The translations under genes were made by a program, and so were the position numbers. A stretch of DNA of 61,657 nt, counting the filler, from Sphacelaria rigidula (taxonomy: Eukaryota): NCBI GenBank assembly GCA_964200075.2. It is 9 parts of 9 records of this genome, joined end to end, with 100 filler letters (N's around TTAATTAATTAA, not from the genome) between each part and the next. Parts side by side here need not be neighbours in the genome. Positions count along the whole stretch, not along the records: positions 6,864 to 13,626 come from CAXNAA020018202.1; positions 13,727 to 20,488 come from CAXNAA020018203.1; positions 20,589 to 27,350 come from CAXNAA020018204.1; 6 more parts are not named here. One strand, written 5' to 3'. Under the pieces are notes generated by a model. It did no database searches and was not told the DNA's origin. It saw nothing but the letters and a program-made list of their open reading frames with translations. Below, in pieces: positions 11,261 to 22,344 of the stretch; the first letter of the stretch is position 1, and every line of letters begins with the position of its first letter.

Positions 11261-14200
11261 GCCCAAGGGATTCAGGGCAGCAGAGTAGATACAAATACAC
11301 ACCATTCATTGCTCTCACCTGAAACACGAGGTATGACTGTCGAAAGTCCGGATTAGACCTCAACCGTGCTGGGACGCTTTTTCCCTCGGATATGCGGCAA
11401 TGTCTTGTTTCTGCCGGTGTCAAGCGCAATGGACCATGTACACGGGGGGGAAACCCTTAGTTGGAGCGGTCCGAAGCGACATACTTGCGACCACGCATGC
11501 TTTAATTTTGTGTTGTTTTTCACGTGTCGTCATTTCTCCTGCAGAGGAGTGAGTGGACGGTGAGCCTAGTGAACGCCTGGTTGCGACGAACGCGTCTTGT
11601 GTTCGCTTTAATAATCACGCACAGTAGCCGTGCATGGAAAGATAGGAGGACCGACTGGATGTCAGGTTCTTCAGGTGCTGGGAGCAAGATTTTGATAGCC
11701 TTGGATAATTCATGCCCCGGGTTTTCATTCAAGCCACCGCGTCCCCTTGGCCTAACTGCCGTCTCTCAAATCCGACCGCAGCTTCTTTGAGGGTCGCATA
11801 CCCGTTTGACAGGTGCTTCCTGAGGAGATCTGACTCTCGTCGTGGAACACCTGAGGGTGTAAGTAGGAAAGAGAGGCCAACGTTGACATTGTGCGCGATA
11901 CGGAAGTATTTGGTCATCATCCATACCACGACACCGAAATGTCAGGCGTGTACCGCGGGGGAGATGGGCTGGTTCGCTGAGACTACGGAGTTTTCCCGAC
12001 GAAGGGAGGGGTCGAGTTGATCGATTTTTGAGTAATTGACTGATGGATTGATTGTTGGACTTTAATTGCCCCCCCCACAGGGGTCCTGCCGTGGTCGTAA
12101 GATAGACGTGCCCGAGTCAAAACAAAACTGAAACACTCGCTGAAGAAAAAAGGAACAGAAAAGGTATGACAGAACAACATGGTAGACTCAGACATTTAAG
12201 CATATACATATTGATATATTGATTGCCTTTTTTATTGATTGTCGCACTTGAACTGACCCCCCAGGGGTCCAGCCGTGGTCTCATGGTAGACGTGCCCAAG
12301 AAAAACAAAACTGAAACACTCGCTGAAGAAAAGAGGGAACATAAAAACAGAAAACAAAAAATCTATATATATATATAGATTTATGAGTGTATGACAAAAA
12401 CGACAGCAATGTCCCTATGACTTCGAACGGTGTGAACTAATATTCACGCATAGGATCGGGACGAGCAGGACCGGGTTGAGGGCATAATCACGAAACGTTG
12501 TAGCTGGCTGCTCTATCAAATGCGTTTAATGTTGCGGAGATTGCCACGTTCGTCGGGTTTCAGCTGTGTGTGAACTAGAAAGGAGTGAGATTTGTCTCGT
12601 GAGCGAACATGCCAACAGTTTCATTTTCAATGCGTCGCCTGAAGATACACCCGCTTCCTCACCAGCGAAGGTATACAGAGCATCAATGGCGTTCAGGATG
12701 CCCGCGGATGCCACCAGCTCGGCGTTCTGAGGAGACTGTATTCGGGGGAGGGTTCAACACGGATACAAGTGAATAAATAGTGGGTGGACCTGAGGCAAGG
12801 ACCAACATGTTTGGTTCGAGCAGCACAACTTTGGAGGACTTCTCACTGAACATACCGCACATTCTTGAGTTATCGAAGGCGGCTTGACGCGACATCACCA
12901 CACTGTTGTGTGAAGACCTATACATAGCGAGGCATCACTGACGATCGCATCATTTGGCGACCATGCGAGATGTGTCGAAACATTGAATGTGCACGACTCG
13001 ATCCCATTGACACCTCGCTTGACATATACCCAATGGCCGCCAAACATGCATGAGTGTGTATGTACCCCGTTCTCATATTGACAACATCCGTTTCTCGCAC
13101 TCACTTGGCAAAGGTTAGCAACCGCCTTGGCAGCAAGCTTCAAATTTATCATTGCTTCACCTGAGGCGAACAGCAACCGAAGAGATATTTTCAGCGTCTA
13201 ACCGCCGTCCTGAACCCCGAAATTAGGGCCGCAGCCAATTTCTCAGGAGTTTCGGCTTGGTAGGCGGTTCACAGCAGGTGGTGCGGTAGTGTCTTGCCAC
13301 AGTGGATTCATCCTACTATTGGGGGGGTGGCGTACTCATTTGTTGGTTGCCTTAGTCGTTTAACCATTGACCACGCATCCCTTTCGAGACGGAGCAGTCA
13401 AACCGTCGTCAAAAGCAGCAACAGTTGCTCGAACGAGCTTGGTATAGGTAAATATCGCTCGTTCATACCGACGGACACCGTTTTGAACCGAATACAAGCG
13501 CACCGCGAGTGTGGCAGGTCGTCTGACACACTTACGAGCCTCTTACGAAATTATATACCCCCCCCCCCCACCCCCCCACAAACCACAAGGAAACTTAATA
13601 AACGCAATCAACCCAAACAAGAAAGTNNNNNNNNNNNNNNNNNNNNNNNNNNNNNNNNNNNNNNNNNNNNTTAATTAATTAANNNNNNNNNNNNNNNNNN
13701 NNNNNNNNNNNNNNNNNNNNNNNNNNTCAAAACGAAAAACCAGCATGACCGAGGTCTTGCTCGATTGCCCTGAACCTTTGGTATGTGCGTTGCCGACACG
13801 AACATAAAAATCTGTTTCGACACCCAACTCGTCGTCGTTCTAAACTCATGCTCGGAACGAATATTTCAGGGTAACGTCTCCGATATCGTATTCGATTTCC
13901 CAATCACTCGGGCTTTGAGGAGAGACGGGATTTGACCATTCGAAGGCCTTGAATAGAGGAGTGTCTCCTTTATTTTCTATTCTTATCCCGGCGATGAGGA
14001 CGGGCTCTTCGTCGGAAATTCAGTCAAATGAAGCAACCCAAAATCGAAGGAGGGAAGAGCAAGAAAACTATCCTCTAACTCTCCGATGGCCGATCAAGAC
14101 CCATTTAACACCGTTTGACGGGAAAAGACTGCGCCGACAGGAATAATCTACGACAGAATGTCATGTTTCTACTTCCGCAGGTTTTCCATGAAAAGACGGA

Positions 14201-14339
14201 CCTTTTACAGAAGACCTACGGAATCCCCCGCTCTCCCATCTAATGTTGAGACCCATGTGGCAGGTGATGACTAAAAAACGACCCTATAAAGAACAGGGAC
14301 CAGACGCAAAAAAGCACGAGACAGTGATACAAAGTGAAG

Positions 14340-15260
14340 AGTCATACTTGGACCAACATTTCGTGTCACATGTTCGTGACGATGGCGGTAAAGCAATACA
14401 GCCTGTTTCACGGAAAATACCCAAAAACACTCATCGACAAAACTTCATGCCGTTTCAAGGAGTTAGACCCTGGAATTTTGCATGAATGTTGCTATGGGTC
14501 ATACGAAAATTCCGAAGGTCGAGGTTCTTTGCTTTATTACTTTTTCACCACTTTTGGAGGGTCTCAGTTTTTCCGGAAAAATTTCGATCCAGTCGGACCC
14601 CCGTAAAACGGTAAAAAAAATGAAAACTCGTTCATCCAGAGATGCGTAATTATCCATAGCACATCTATGTAAAGTTTCAGAGTCTAACTCCTTCAAGCAG
14701 CGTGAAGTTGTTCGCGTTCGTGTGAAGAACCTTGCCGTGCCACGGTGCAACCGCAAATCACTAGATTTCGGTATGAAAATGGCGATTTTGGGCCTTCCTT
14801 GACGTGAACATGAAACTTCAAGCATCAGTTAATCGATTTTGGCCTCAAAAAATTGTGGGGCTCTTCCTTGGGTGATGCGGCGACAGTTCGTTTGCGAAGA
14901 AATTGAAAAAAATATCGTAGTGCCGGTTTCCCGGGGTCCCAGAATGAAGACAACTTCGAGAAAAACGACTTGGATCCCGCCGGACACCCGTAAAACGGTA
15001 AAAAAGTCAAGAAGTATAAAACATTCGTCGTTAGAAACTTGCCTAATGATCCAGATGACTTTAGCGCGAATTTTCAGCATCTAACTCCGAATAACTGCGT
15101 GAAGGTTTGCGCGTTTGTGCGAGGATGTGATCATAAAACGTGCAAACTCCTCACTACTTGATTCTAGTATGAAAACGTATTTTTTCGGTGAATTTTGCGT
15201 CAAGGCAAGAAAACCTGACCGAGATGGTCGAGTTTGCCGACGAAACTTCGTACATGTGTT
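14340..15260. repeat. Complex foldback-like repeat with inverted and direct subunits
   Basis: 14455-14497 is inverted at ~14654-14697; 14570-14820 recurs, diverged, at ~14955-15180. Confidence 0.55.
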
Positions 15261-16869
15261 CCTTGGACTATCCCGGGACTTATCATGCTATTCTTCTTTC
15301 TTTTGGGGCACTCTGTACCGCCTTCCGGGGGTCTTCATACTGGGATCCGCGGAAGCCGGTAGAGAACGTAAAAACTTTGAAATCTTGCCAAGAATACAAT
15401 ATTTTCATTTGAAGCATCAATACGTACGGAATTGCCAAGTTTAAGGGTGATCTAAGCTCTTCTACAACAGATATAAGGAAAATCGTGACGAGACTCGCTG
15501 GGTCTCTCGTACGTATCATGAGTGGAAATTAGACGACGCCGAAACTTTACGTCACCAAAATATTACAGTTTCGGGCATAATTCGACCCCGTTGGAACCGT
15601 TTTTGAATCTGTTTTTGCCGTTAGATTCCCGAGCTGATAAGGGTTACTAAGATTCGAAGCATGTGAAGATTCGGTGGAAAATGGGCTTGGAATTCGTGTT
15701 TTCAATTTCAGAACAATTTGAAAGGCGCTGATTGGTCGAGACACATTAATGTCCATAACGCCACTGCTACAGCCTTGAACAAAAATTCCGCTTTATCACC
15801 CTCTCGATCTGTTCATTGCGGTCAGTATGGTACCATACATGCGACTGTGGGGTGCGTATTGCAGAAGGCATTTGCTGATGACAGAATTTGGGATCTTTTG
15901 CGTGAACCAGCCTGTGGTACATCCTCGAAGAGTTTCGAATGCACCGGACCTATCCCAATCGTTGGCAGGCGCTCGAATTTGTCGGATAGTCCTGGATACT
16001 AGGCAAAGAAAACGGCGAAAATGCTGCATATTCCGTAGAGAACCAAATTTGTTATACACACAACTCGAGCATTTGTGTCCCCTACCCATCTGTTTCCTCC
16101 GCTGAATCTGCGCGTCCATGCCGATATTTTCTGCTGTTACGTGGATAATCAGAGAAACGATGGCCTGTAGCCCTTAGCCGCCGACGAGTATGACTGTTTC
16201 ACAAACACCTCCAAGTCGCATGCATCAATAATAATTTGATTTGTCGTTTTTTTCCGTACTGTAGTTGCAACGCGCCGAACACATTTCACATGTAAGGCCA
16301 CATCAATTCACATTAGTACGGACTAACAGTAACAGTCCAGACATACACCGGTCGACGGCACCGCACAGCTGCACAAGACACACCTTCCACTTTGGTAACA
16401 CTGTACTGAACATTCGACATGCCGCGACTAAACAGGCCCTGTGGTTGCGAAGCTTCTTCGTGCACGGCTGCGAGATTTCTGAAAATAATGCAGACACATG
16501 AGAAAAAGGACAAGCCAAGACATGGACGTAACCAGCCAACGGCAAGCGGGAAAGTGCTGCCAGTATCTCATGGTAAAAACCACCTTGGTATCAACGGCAC
16601 CGGGCAGATATTCAATACCCGCGATCAAACAACTTACAACATGAACATGAGTAATCATGAAGTGAAAGACACAAAAACATTCCCATGTCGAGTAAGTGGG
16701 CATCGCTGACATCCAACCAATGCACCGAAATAAAACATATCCTATTGATATAACAAGACGCACATACTGCGTGGCATGAAACTCAATCACAAGGGCAAGG
16801 CCATGGACATACGTGAACTATGCTGTCTGATGAGCCCCATGCAGCGGAGTGAGATTTGTCCACCATACC

Positions 16870-16961
16870 ATGCATAGGTCCACCAGCCATCTGCCTTGAC
16901 CAGAGTACATGGCGCCAGACTGTTGACTGACAGCATGGTCCATCCCCCGCAGCTCTCACAC
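16870..16961 (-). CDS. Putative exon with an MRH-domain (OS-9/PRKCSH-like) motif
   Basis: cccatgtag|...LAPCTLVKADGWWTYAW resembles C-x-GWWTYEWC of MRH lectins. Another plausible exon at ~18231-18451. Confidence 0.35.
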
Positions 16962-17407
16962 CTACATGGGACGGCGGGAAATAAAGAAAAAGAAACGAAA
17001 GACACGGTTAATTACAGTTGATCTACTGCAACGTTAGGCCTATGTGACTAGACGAAACATATGCCCAAAAGAGGCCAGGCAGAAAGCTAGCAAGCGAGAA
17101 GAGGCCGTGTTTGGAAAACTCGCTGGCCACCAGCGTGCGCACGGTGGGTACCCAAAACTTCAAAAGCTGAGCTTGCGTCTCGGAAAAAACACCACGCGAG
17201 CACAGCATGTCCAGTCCAGCAAGAGTATGGTGCCGTAACGTCAACGCGGTACAAGCGTTGTATGTATTCCTGGGTATTACTACGTTAACCAGGTGCACCT
17301 ATCCTTCTCTCGGGGGGCAATAGTTTGCTTCCAAGAAAAAAGGGGGCCGTACCCTCTGAGTTCCATCCCTGCCCACCCCTCTTTTGGGCTGTAAGTAGCG
17401 ATCTTCC

Positions 17408-17960
17408 AAGGTTGTGTCCTGTAGGGTACGATTTTCTGTATACCCGGGGTATTTTGCCGCGTATTTACCATGCCCGACAGTTCTGTGACTTCTGCGAGAC
17501 TTTGATGCCGGTACCCGACAGTTCTGTAACCTCTGTAAGACTTTCATACCCGTTTACTCGATAGTTCTGTAATCTCTGTAAGACTTCCGTACCGTTACCG
17601 GGTGGCTCAGGCACGCTTTTGATAAGATACCCGATTGCGGGTACGGTTTTTTGTGCAACCTCCATACCCTTCCCGACGGTTTCTGTGAGTTCTGCAAGCC
17701 TCCCATACCCCTACCCGACAGTTCTGTGAGTTCTGTGCATAATGTGTACCCGTACCCGGAGCGCGGGTATGCTCTAAAAGGAGTACCCGATTGCCGGTAC
17801 GGTTTTTCTGCAAGCCCCCCATACCGTACCGGTACCCGACAGTTCAGGTGAGCTCTGTAAACCCCCCATACCCCTACCCGGGGTTAGGGTATTCCGTTAT
17901 AGATATGCCCGATTGCAGGTATGAGCACAGGTATATCCCTAGGGGAGGTACGGATATAGG
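17408..17960. mobile_element. hAT-like non-autonomous element fragment with ~33-bp TACCCGACAGTTCTGT array
   Basis: Begins CAAGGTTGTGTCCTGTAGGGTA; homologous to 18590-19122 and 36051-36297. Confidence 0.65.
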
Positions 17961-18589
17961 TTTAATCCAAACACAACCTCATGACCTGAACATGTTCCTC
18001 CCATCGATCAACCCACCCAACTCTTTCATTCAAAACTGCACAGCAACAATAATTCAATGTTGAAAAGATCTTTGGTTTGGAATCTGACGAGATACGTGGT
18101 ACCGCTGAGTGGAAACACGGAACATGAGTAGCACTGCAGACCGTCAGGATGGATCACTCCCAGACTCGAGTGGTAGCTCGAGCGGGGGCGGTTCGTCTGC
18201 GCCACCAGGGGATCAAGTAACAAGACGTACGTCATCGACGTTGATGGTGGTTGTGTCGTGGTCATCAAACCCCAGGCCGTTATCGCCATGTACAGCACAG
18301 AGCGAGCTGCCACCGAAACTCGTCAAGGTCGTCGGCGATTTTATCGCGTACCGAAGGGCTTCCAGAGAGCGGGTAGCCGTGAATGCTCCTTCATGCACTC
18401 TCTGGCAGTGTGCGGGAAGCCGATAGATGTTGACGATCCCGTGCACATGTTCTGCTGCGATTGTTCATGTAGTCCTTCTCCATCAACCCCGTGAAGTCGT
18501 TCAGATTTCTCGCGAACTGTCATTTTCTGTATTTCGCCACTGTTGTAGTGACGTAGGTCCCACCACAGGGGTGATGATAATAGGATATA

Positions 18590-19122
18590 TCAAGGTCGTG
18601 TTCTTGAAGGGTACGTTTTTCTGTATACCCGGGCTATTTCACCGGATATTGACCGTATCCGACAGTTCTGTAAACACTGTAAGATTTCCATACCGGTACC
18701 CGACAGTTCTGTAATCTCTGTAAGACCTTCATACCCTTACCCGATAGTTCTGTGAGGTATGTAAGCCTCCCGTACCCTTACCGGGGGGCTCGGGTATGTT
18801 TTTGACAAGAGTTGTGGGTACGGTTTTTGTGCAACCTCCATACCCTACCCGACAGTTTCTGTGAGTTCTGTAAGACTCCCATACCCTTACCCGACAGCCC
18901 TGGGAGTTTTGTTCAAAAACTTCACCCTGTCCCGAGGGGCGGGTATGCTCTGAAAGAGTTACCCGATCGCCGGTACCCGTTTTCTGTAAGCCTCCCATAC
19001 CACACCCGACAAGTTCTGTAGCTTCTGTAAGACTTTAATACCGGTACCCGATATTTCTGTAAGTTCTGTAAGGAATCTCATACCCTACAGAAGGTACCCG
19101 TACCTCACAGAAGAAAACCTTG
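18590..19122. mobile_element. hAT-like non-autonomous element, both ends present
   Basis: CAAGGTCGTGTTCT ... AGAAGAAAACCTTG termini, dense TACCCG/GGTAC motifs; no clean TSD. Confidence 0.7.
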
Positions 19123-19405
19123 CAAATCTTCCACGCTGATCGAAAAGCAGCATAGAAGCACTGGGCAGGCACCAGCAGAAGCTCGAGAGGTGAACCAAAT
19201 TTAGGTAGATGCTCCTCAGGTGAATTGATTATTTCCTACCCCGTACTTGTTCGGGGGGGTGGGGGGAGGGGGGTAGGATGAGGGAGGTAGGGGGCGGTCT
19301 TGACATATCTTCGCAACGCAGCCGATATAATCTCTTCCAGTTTTTAGGGTCAATATGAACGGGGCTACTTTTTTCAGACATTCTCACACCCTGTACGACA
19401 TACGA

Positions 19406-19527
19406 TGTGAGATGCAACAGACCAAATATGTACTGGGTAAATTATAGGCCCATTGGACCTATTCACGGCCGACAACAGCTGCAACAGGTCTTTACTTCAC
19501 CCAGTACATTTTTTGTCTGTTGCATAC
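19406..19527. mobile_element. Palindromic MITE core (family of 39866-40054)
   Basis: ATGCAACAGACCAAATATGTACTGGGTAA inverted to TTCACCCAGTACATTTTTTGTCTGTTGCAT. Confidence 0.65.
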
Positions 19528-19539
19528 ATATATATTTCC

Positions 19540-19680
19540 CCCACAATTTGAACCCCTCCCCTTCCTCGGGATGAGTCCGTGGTCTCAAGGGATCAACCCA
19601 TCTCTCCCCCCGTACGCGCCCTTCATGTTGGTCTCGCGGATTGGGTCAGCACTCCCGCCCCGCGTCAACTCACGTCACAC
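19540..19680 (-). mobile_element. SINE-like retroposon 3' end (family X)
   Basis: Minus strand ends GAGACCACGGACTCATCCCGAGGAAGGGGAGGGGTTCAAA. Copies ~11940-12020 (+), 34425-34590 (-), 49380-49520 (-), 58720-58832 (+). Confidence 0.75.
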
Positions 19681-21363
19681 AAAGTACGGCAGTGCAATGC
19701 TTTACAGTACAGTACAGTGTTGTCTTCTCTCTTCCACCCGTTGCGTTCGTTCCGTTCGTCTATGGTTACGACCAAGGATCAGACTACACCAAACTCTCCG
19801 ACACCGTCATCCCTTCCTGCCTCCAGTTGCAAATATAGCCCTTGGGCTGCGGGGAGCATTCATTTTTGCAAGTAAATAGTTTGCCCATAATAAACACAAC
19901 TGACCCATCATGAGGTGGTTGCTCTCTGTCTAAATAGACAAAGCCGAAGTGCACCGTACAGCAGAGTACAATCAGTACAGTGCAGCGCAGTACGGTACAA
20001 TGTTATCTACTCTGTGACCGCCGCCGCATTCCTCCCTTCTTCTGTGGGTGTCATCGAGTATCGGGATGACTCCTTTGGAGATCCTCACTCTTCCCGTCCG
20101 CTCTAACAGTGACGCTTGATCGCCAGGACGATGTCTTGTGTTCATTTTTCAAGTCAAAATCTTTGGAGACGGTCGCCTCTTCCCACAAAAAACCGGCTCT
20201 AAAGTTGAACTCTCCGGCCCCCGTTTAGGTCATCCCGGTTTTGCACTCATTTTTCAAGTGAAAAGTATGCCGATACGACGTATGCCCGATCCTGGGTTGA
20301 GTGGAGGGTGAGACAATGAGTCGGTGTATTCTCAATGTACAAGCTCAAGTCGCACCGGACGGAGGCTGTAGACGTGGTACGGCGAACATGGTGGTACCAA
20401 TACAATCAACACCACAAACCAAGAGGAGAGAACAATTCGGCCACCATGATGTTGTCTGCTCCAGTACACGCAATGCTTTTTGCCTTGGNNNNNNNNNNNN
20501 NNNNNNNNNNNNNNNNNNNNNNNNNNNNNNNNTTAATTAATTAANNNNNNNNNNNNNNNNNNNNNNNNNNNNNNNNNNNNNNNNNNNNAAACAGTGCAGT
20601 ATCTTGTAGCGACGACTTCAATCACACACAACGAACTTAGACTGCCCTGTCTAAATTTTCAACACCCCCCTATGAGACTCGTGAGTGAGATGTCGCTATT
20701 AAAGAAATATAGTGTACCTTACACGCTAGGTGTAGCAAGCGAATACAATCAGTCGAACTATGTAGTAGTACTGACAGTACACAAAGGCAAACGTCCAGGT
20801 ACTTGTACTGTTGTACCGTTCACGTGTCTATACTGTATCACAAAGAAACGTCTTAACCAACATCAATTGAAAAACGACACTGGTCACTGTTGCAAGTCTC
20901 CGCTGACATGCGCATGCATTTGCATGTGAATCAGATTTCCGTGAGCTACAAAATAATTAGGCAAACGAGAACAATTGTGCGGTAACAACAAACCGCGAGA
21001 TGTTTTCATCGTGTGACGATGTAGCAATAAACGATAGCTTACAGATGCCAAATATGTCTCCCGACTCTCTCTCCCCCCCCAAGAGAAAAAAACATCCTTT
21101 CCAAAAAGAGAAACAAAGGAGCAGGGTAGACAAGGACGGAAAGAACATCGCAAACCTTGAGGTCGTTGCACGCATTGTTCCCACAGCGTGTTTTCTGGAC
21201 CTTGTTTCATAAGTGTAGGGATCTGCGCACTGTGGTTTTAGCATGCTCCTCTGGACCTTGAAAAAATGAATCGAATAAAACAAAACAATCAAAACAAATG
21301 CACCTAACGCAGGTAATTTTACCGCGCGTTCTATATAATGTACGAGTATTACAGGCATCTTAA

Positions 21364-21461
21364 CCCCTAGACCGCGAGGTTAGTCTTCTGTTGAATCGGA
21401 ATCAATTTCAATTGAAACAAGTATGCATGATACAGAAAGATTTAATCTCGCGGTCTAAGGG
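21364..21461. mobile_element. 98-bp piggyBac-type MITE
   Basis: TTAA|CCCCTAGACCGCGAG ... CTCGCGGTCTAAGGG|TTAA. Confidence 0.9.
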
Positions 21462-22231
21462 TTAAACCAACTTGGGTTCTTTTTCTCAATCACATTTCTT
21501 AACAGAAAAAAAGTCAAGTCCTTCAAACTCCAGTGACTGCATTTGGGTCTCTATAGTAGATTATTGATCGATTCGGACGAGAAATCAACCGGATCCCATA
21601 AAATCTGTCAACCAAAGCGTCGTATATCCTTCTCAACAGAAGGAAGTCGAATTCCAACGGGCGTTCTATATGACATGCTTTGGCTAAAACATTTAAGATC
21701 CTAACATCAATAAAAAGACCAAGTCATTGTGTAGATACAGCTATGGTAGGCTGCTAAAAAATCAAGAGTACTGGGGTACTTTTGAACGTCGGTAAACCCG
21801 TACGTCCTGAGCGTGTCCGCCATACGTGCACGCTCCTCGGTTTGCTGTCCTGGGATGAGGATGTCCAGACAAATAGAAGCTCGGGCTCTCCAGTCGATGT
21901 AGGTCGTCGCGCGTCCTTGGAGTCATAGTGCTTGATTACTCAGGCGGGCCCGTGCATTAAGCGTCACCCCGTGTTGTGGCCTCTAGCGGTGCGTAGTGCG
22001 GTGTGCGCGACCATGGGTTGCTGAGTTTTGTGCGACGTGTCCGCGCACGTTCCTGGTTTCGTTGCTGTGGGTGTTATTGCGGTAACTCATTCTGATGGTG
22101 AATTGTGAAGGTAGAGGGTGCTGAAGATTGGATTTTGAAAACAAATGTTGGGGGTTGAAAAGTGATATGGTGTGGTGCCCTTGAGATGGACGAAATGTCG
22201 CTTGGGTGATGACACTCGAAAATATTAGAAG

Positions 22232-22340
22232 GTCGAAGTTGAGCGTTGAAGATGATGGTAGTAGTTGAGCGTTGAAGATGATGATCGAGGTTTTAGCGTT
22301 GACGATGATGATCGAAGTTTAGCGTTGACGATGATGCTGG
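22232..22340. repeat. ~24-bp tandem repeat (AGCGTTGAAGATGATG core, ~4 copies)
   Basis: Seen directly at the point where copia RT homology stops. Confidence 0.8.
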
Positions 22341-22344
22341 AGAT

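Noticed and set aside
17470..19110. CRISPR-like periodic repeats
   Set aside because: Degenerate tandem units without unique spacers, inside TIR-bounded elements; no cas genes; eukaryotic context.
19566..19600. GATGAGTCCGTG resembling hammerhead stem II
   Set aside because: Lacks the CTGA core and the downstream GAAA; it is the antisense of a retroposon tail.
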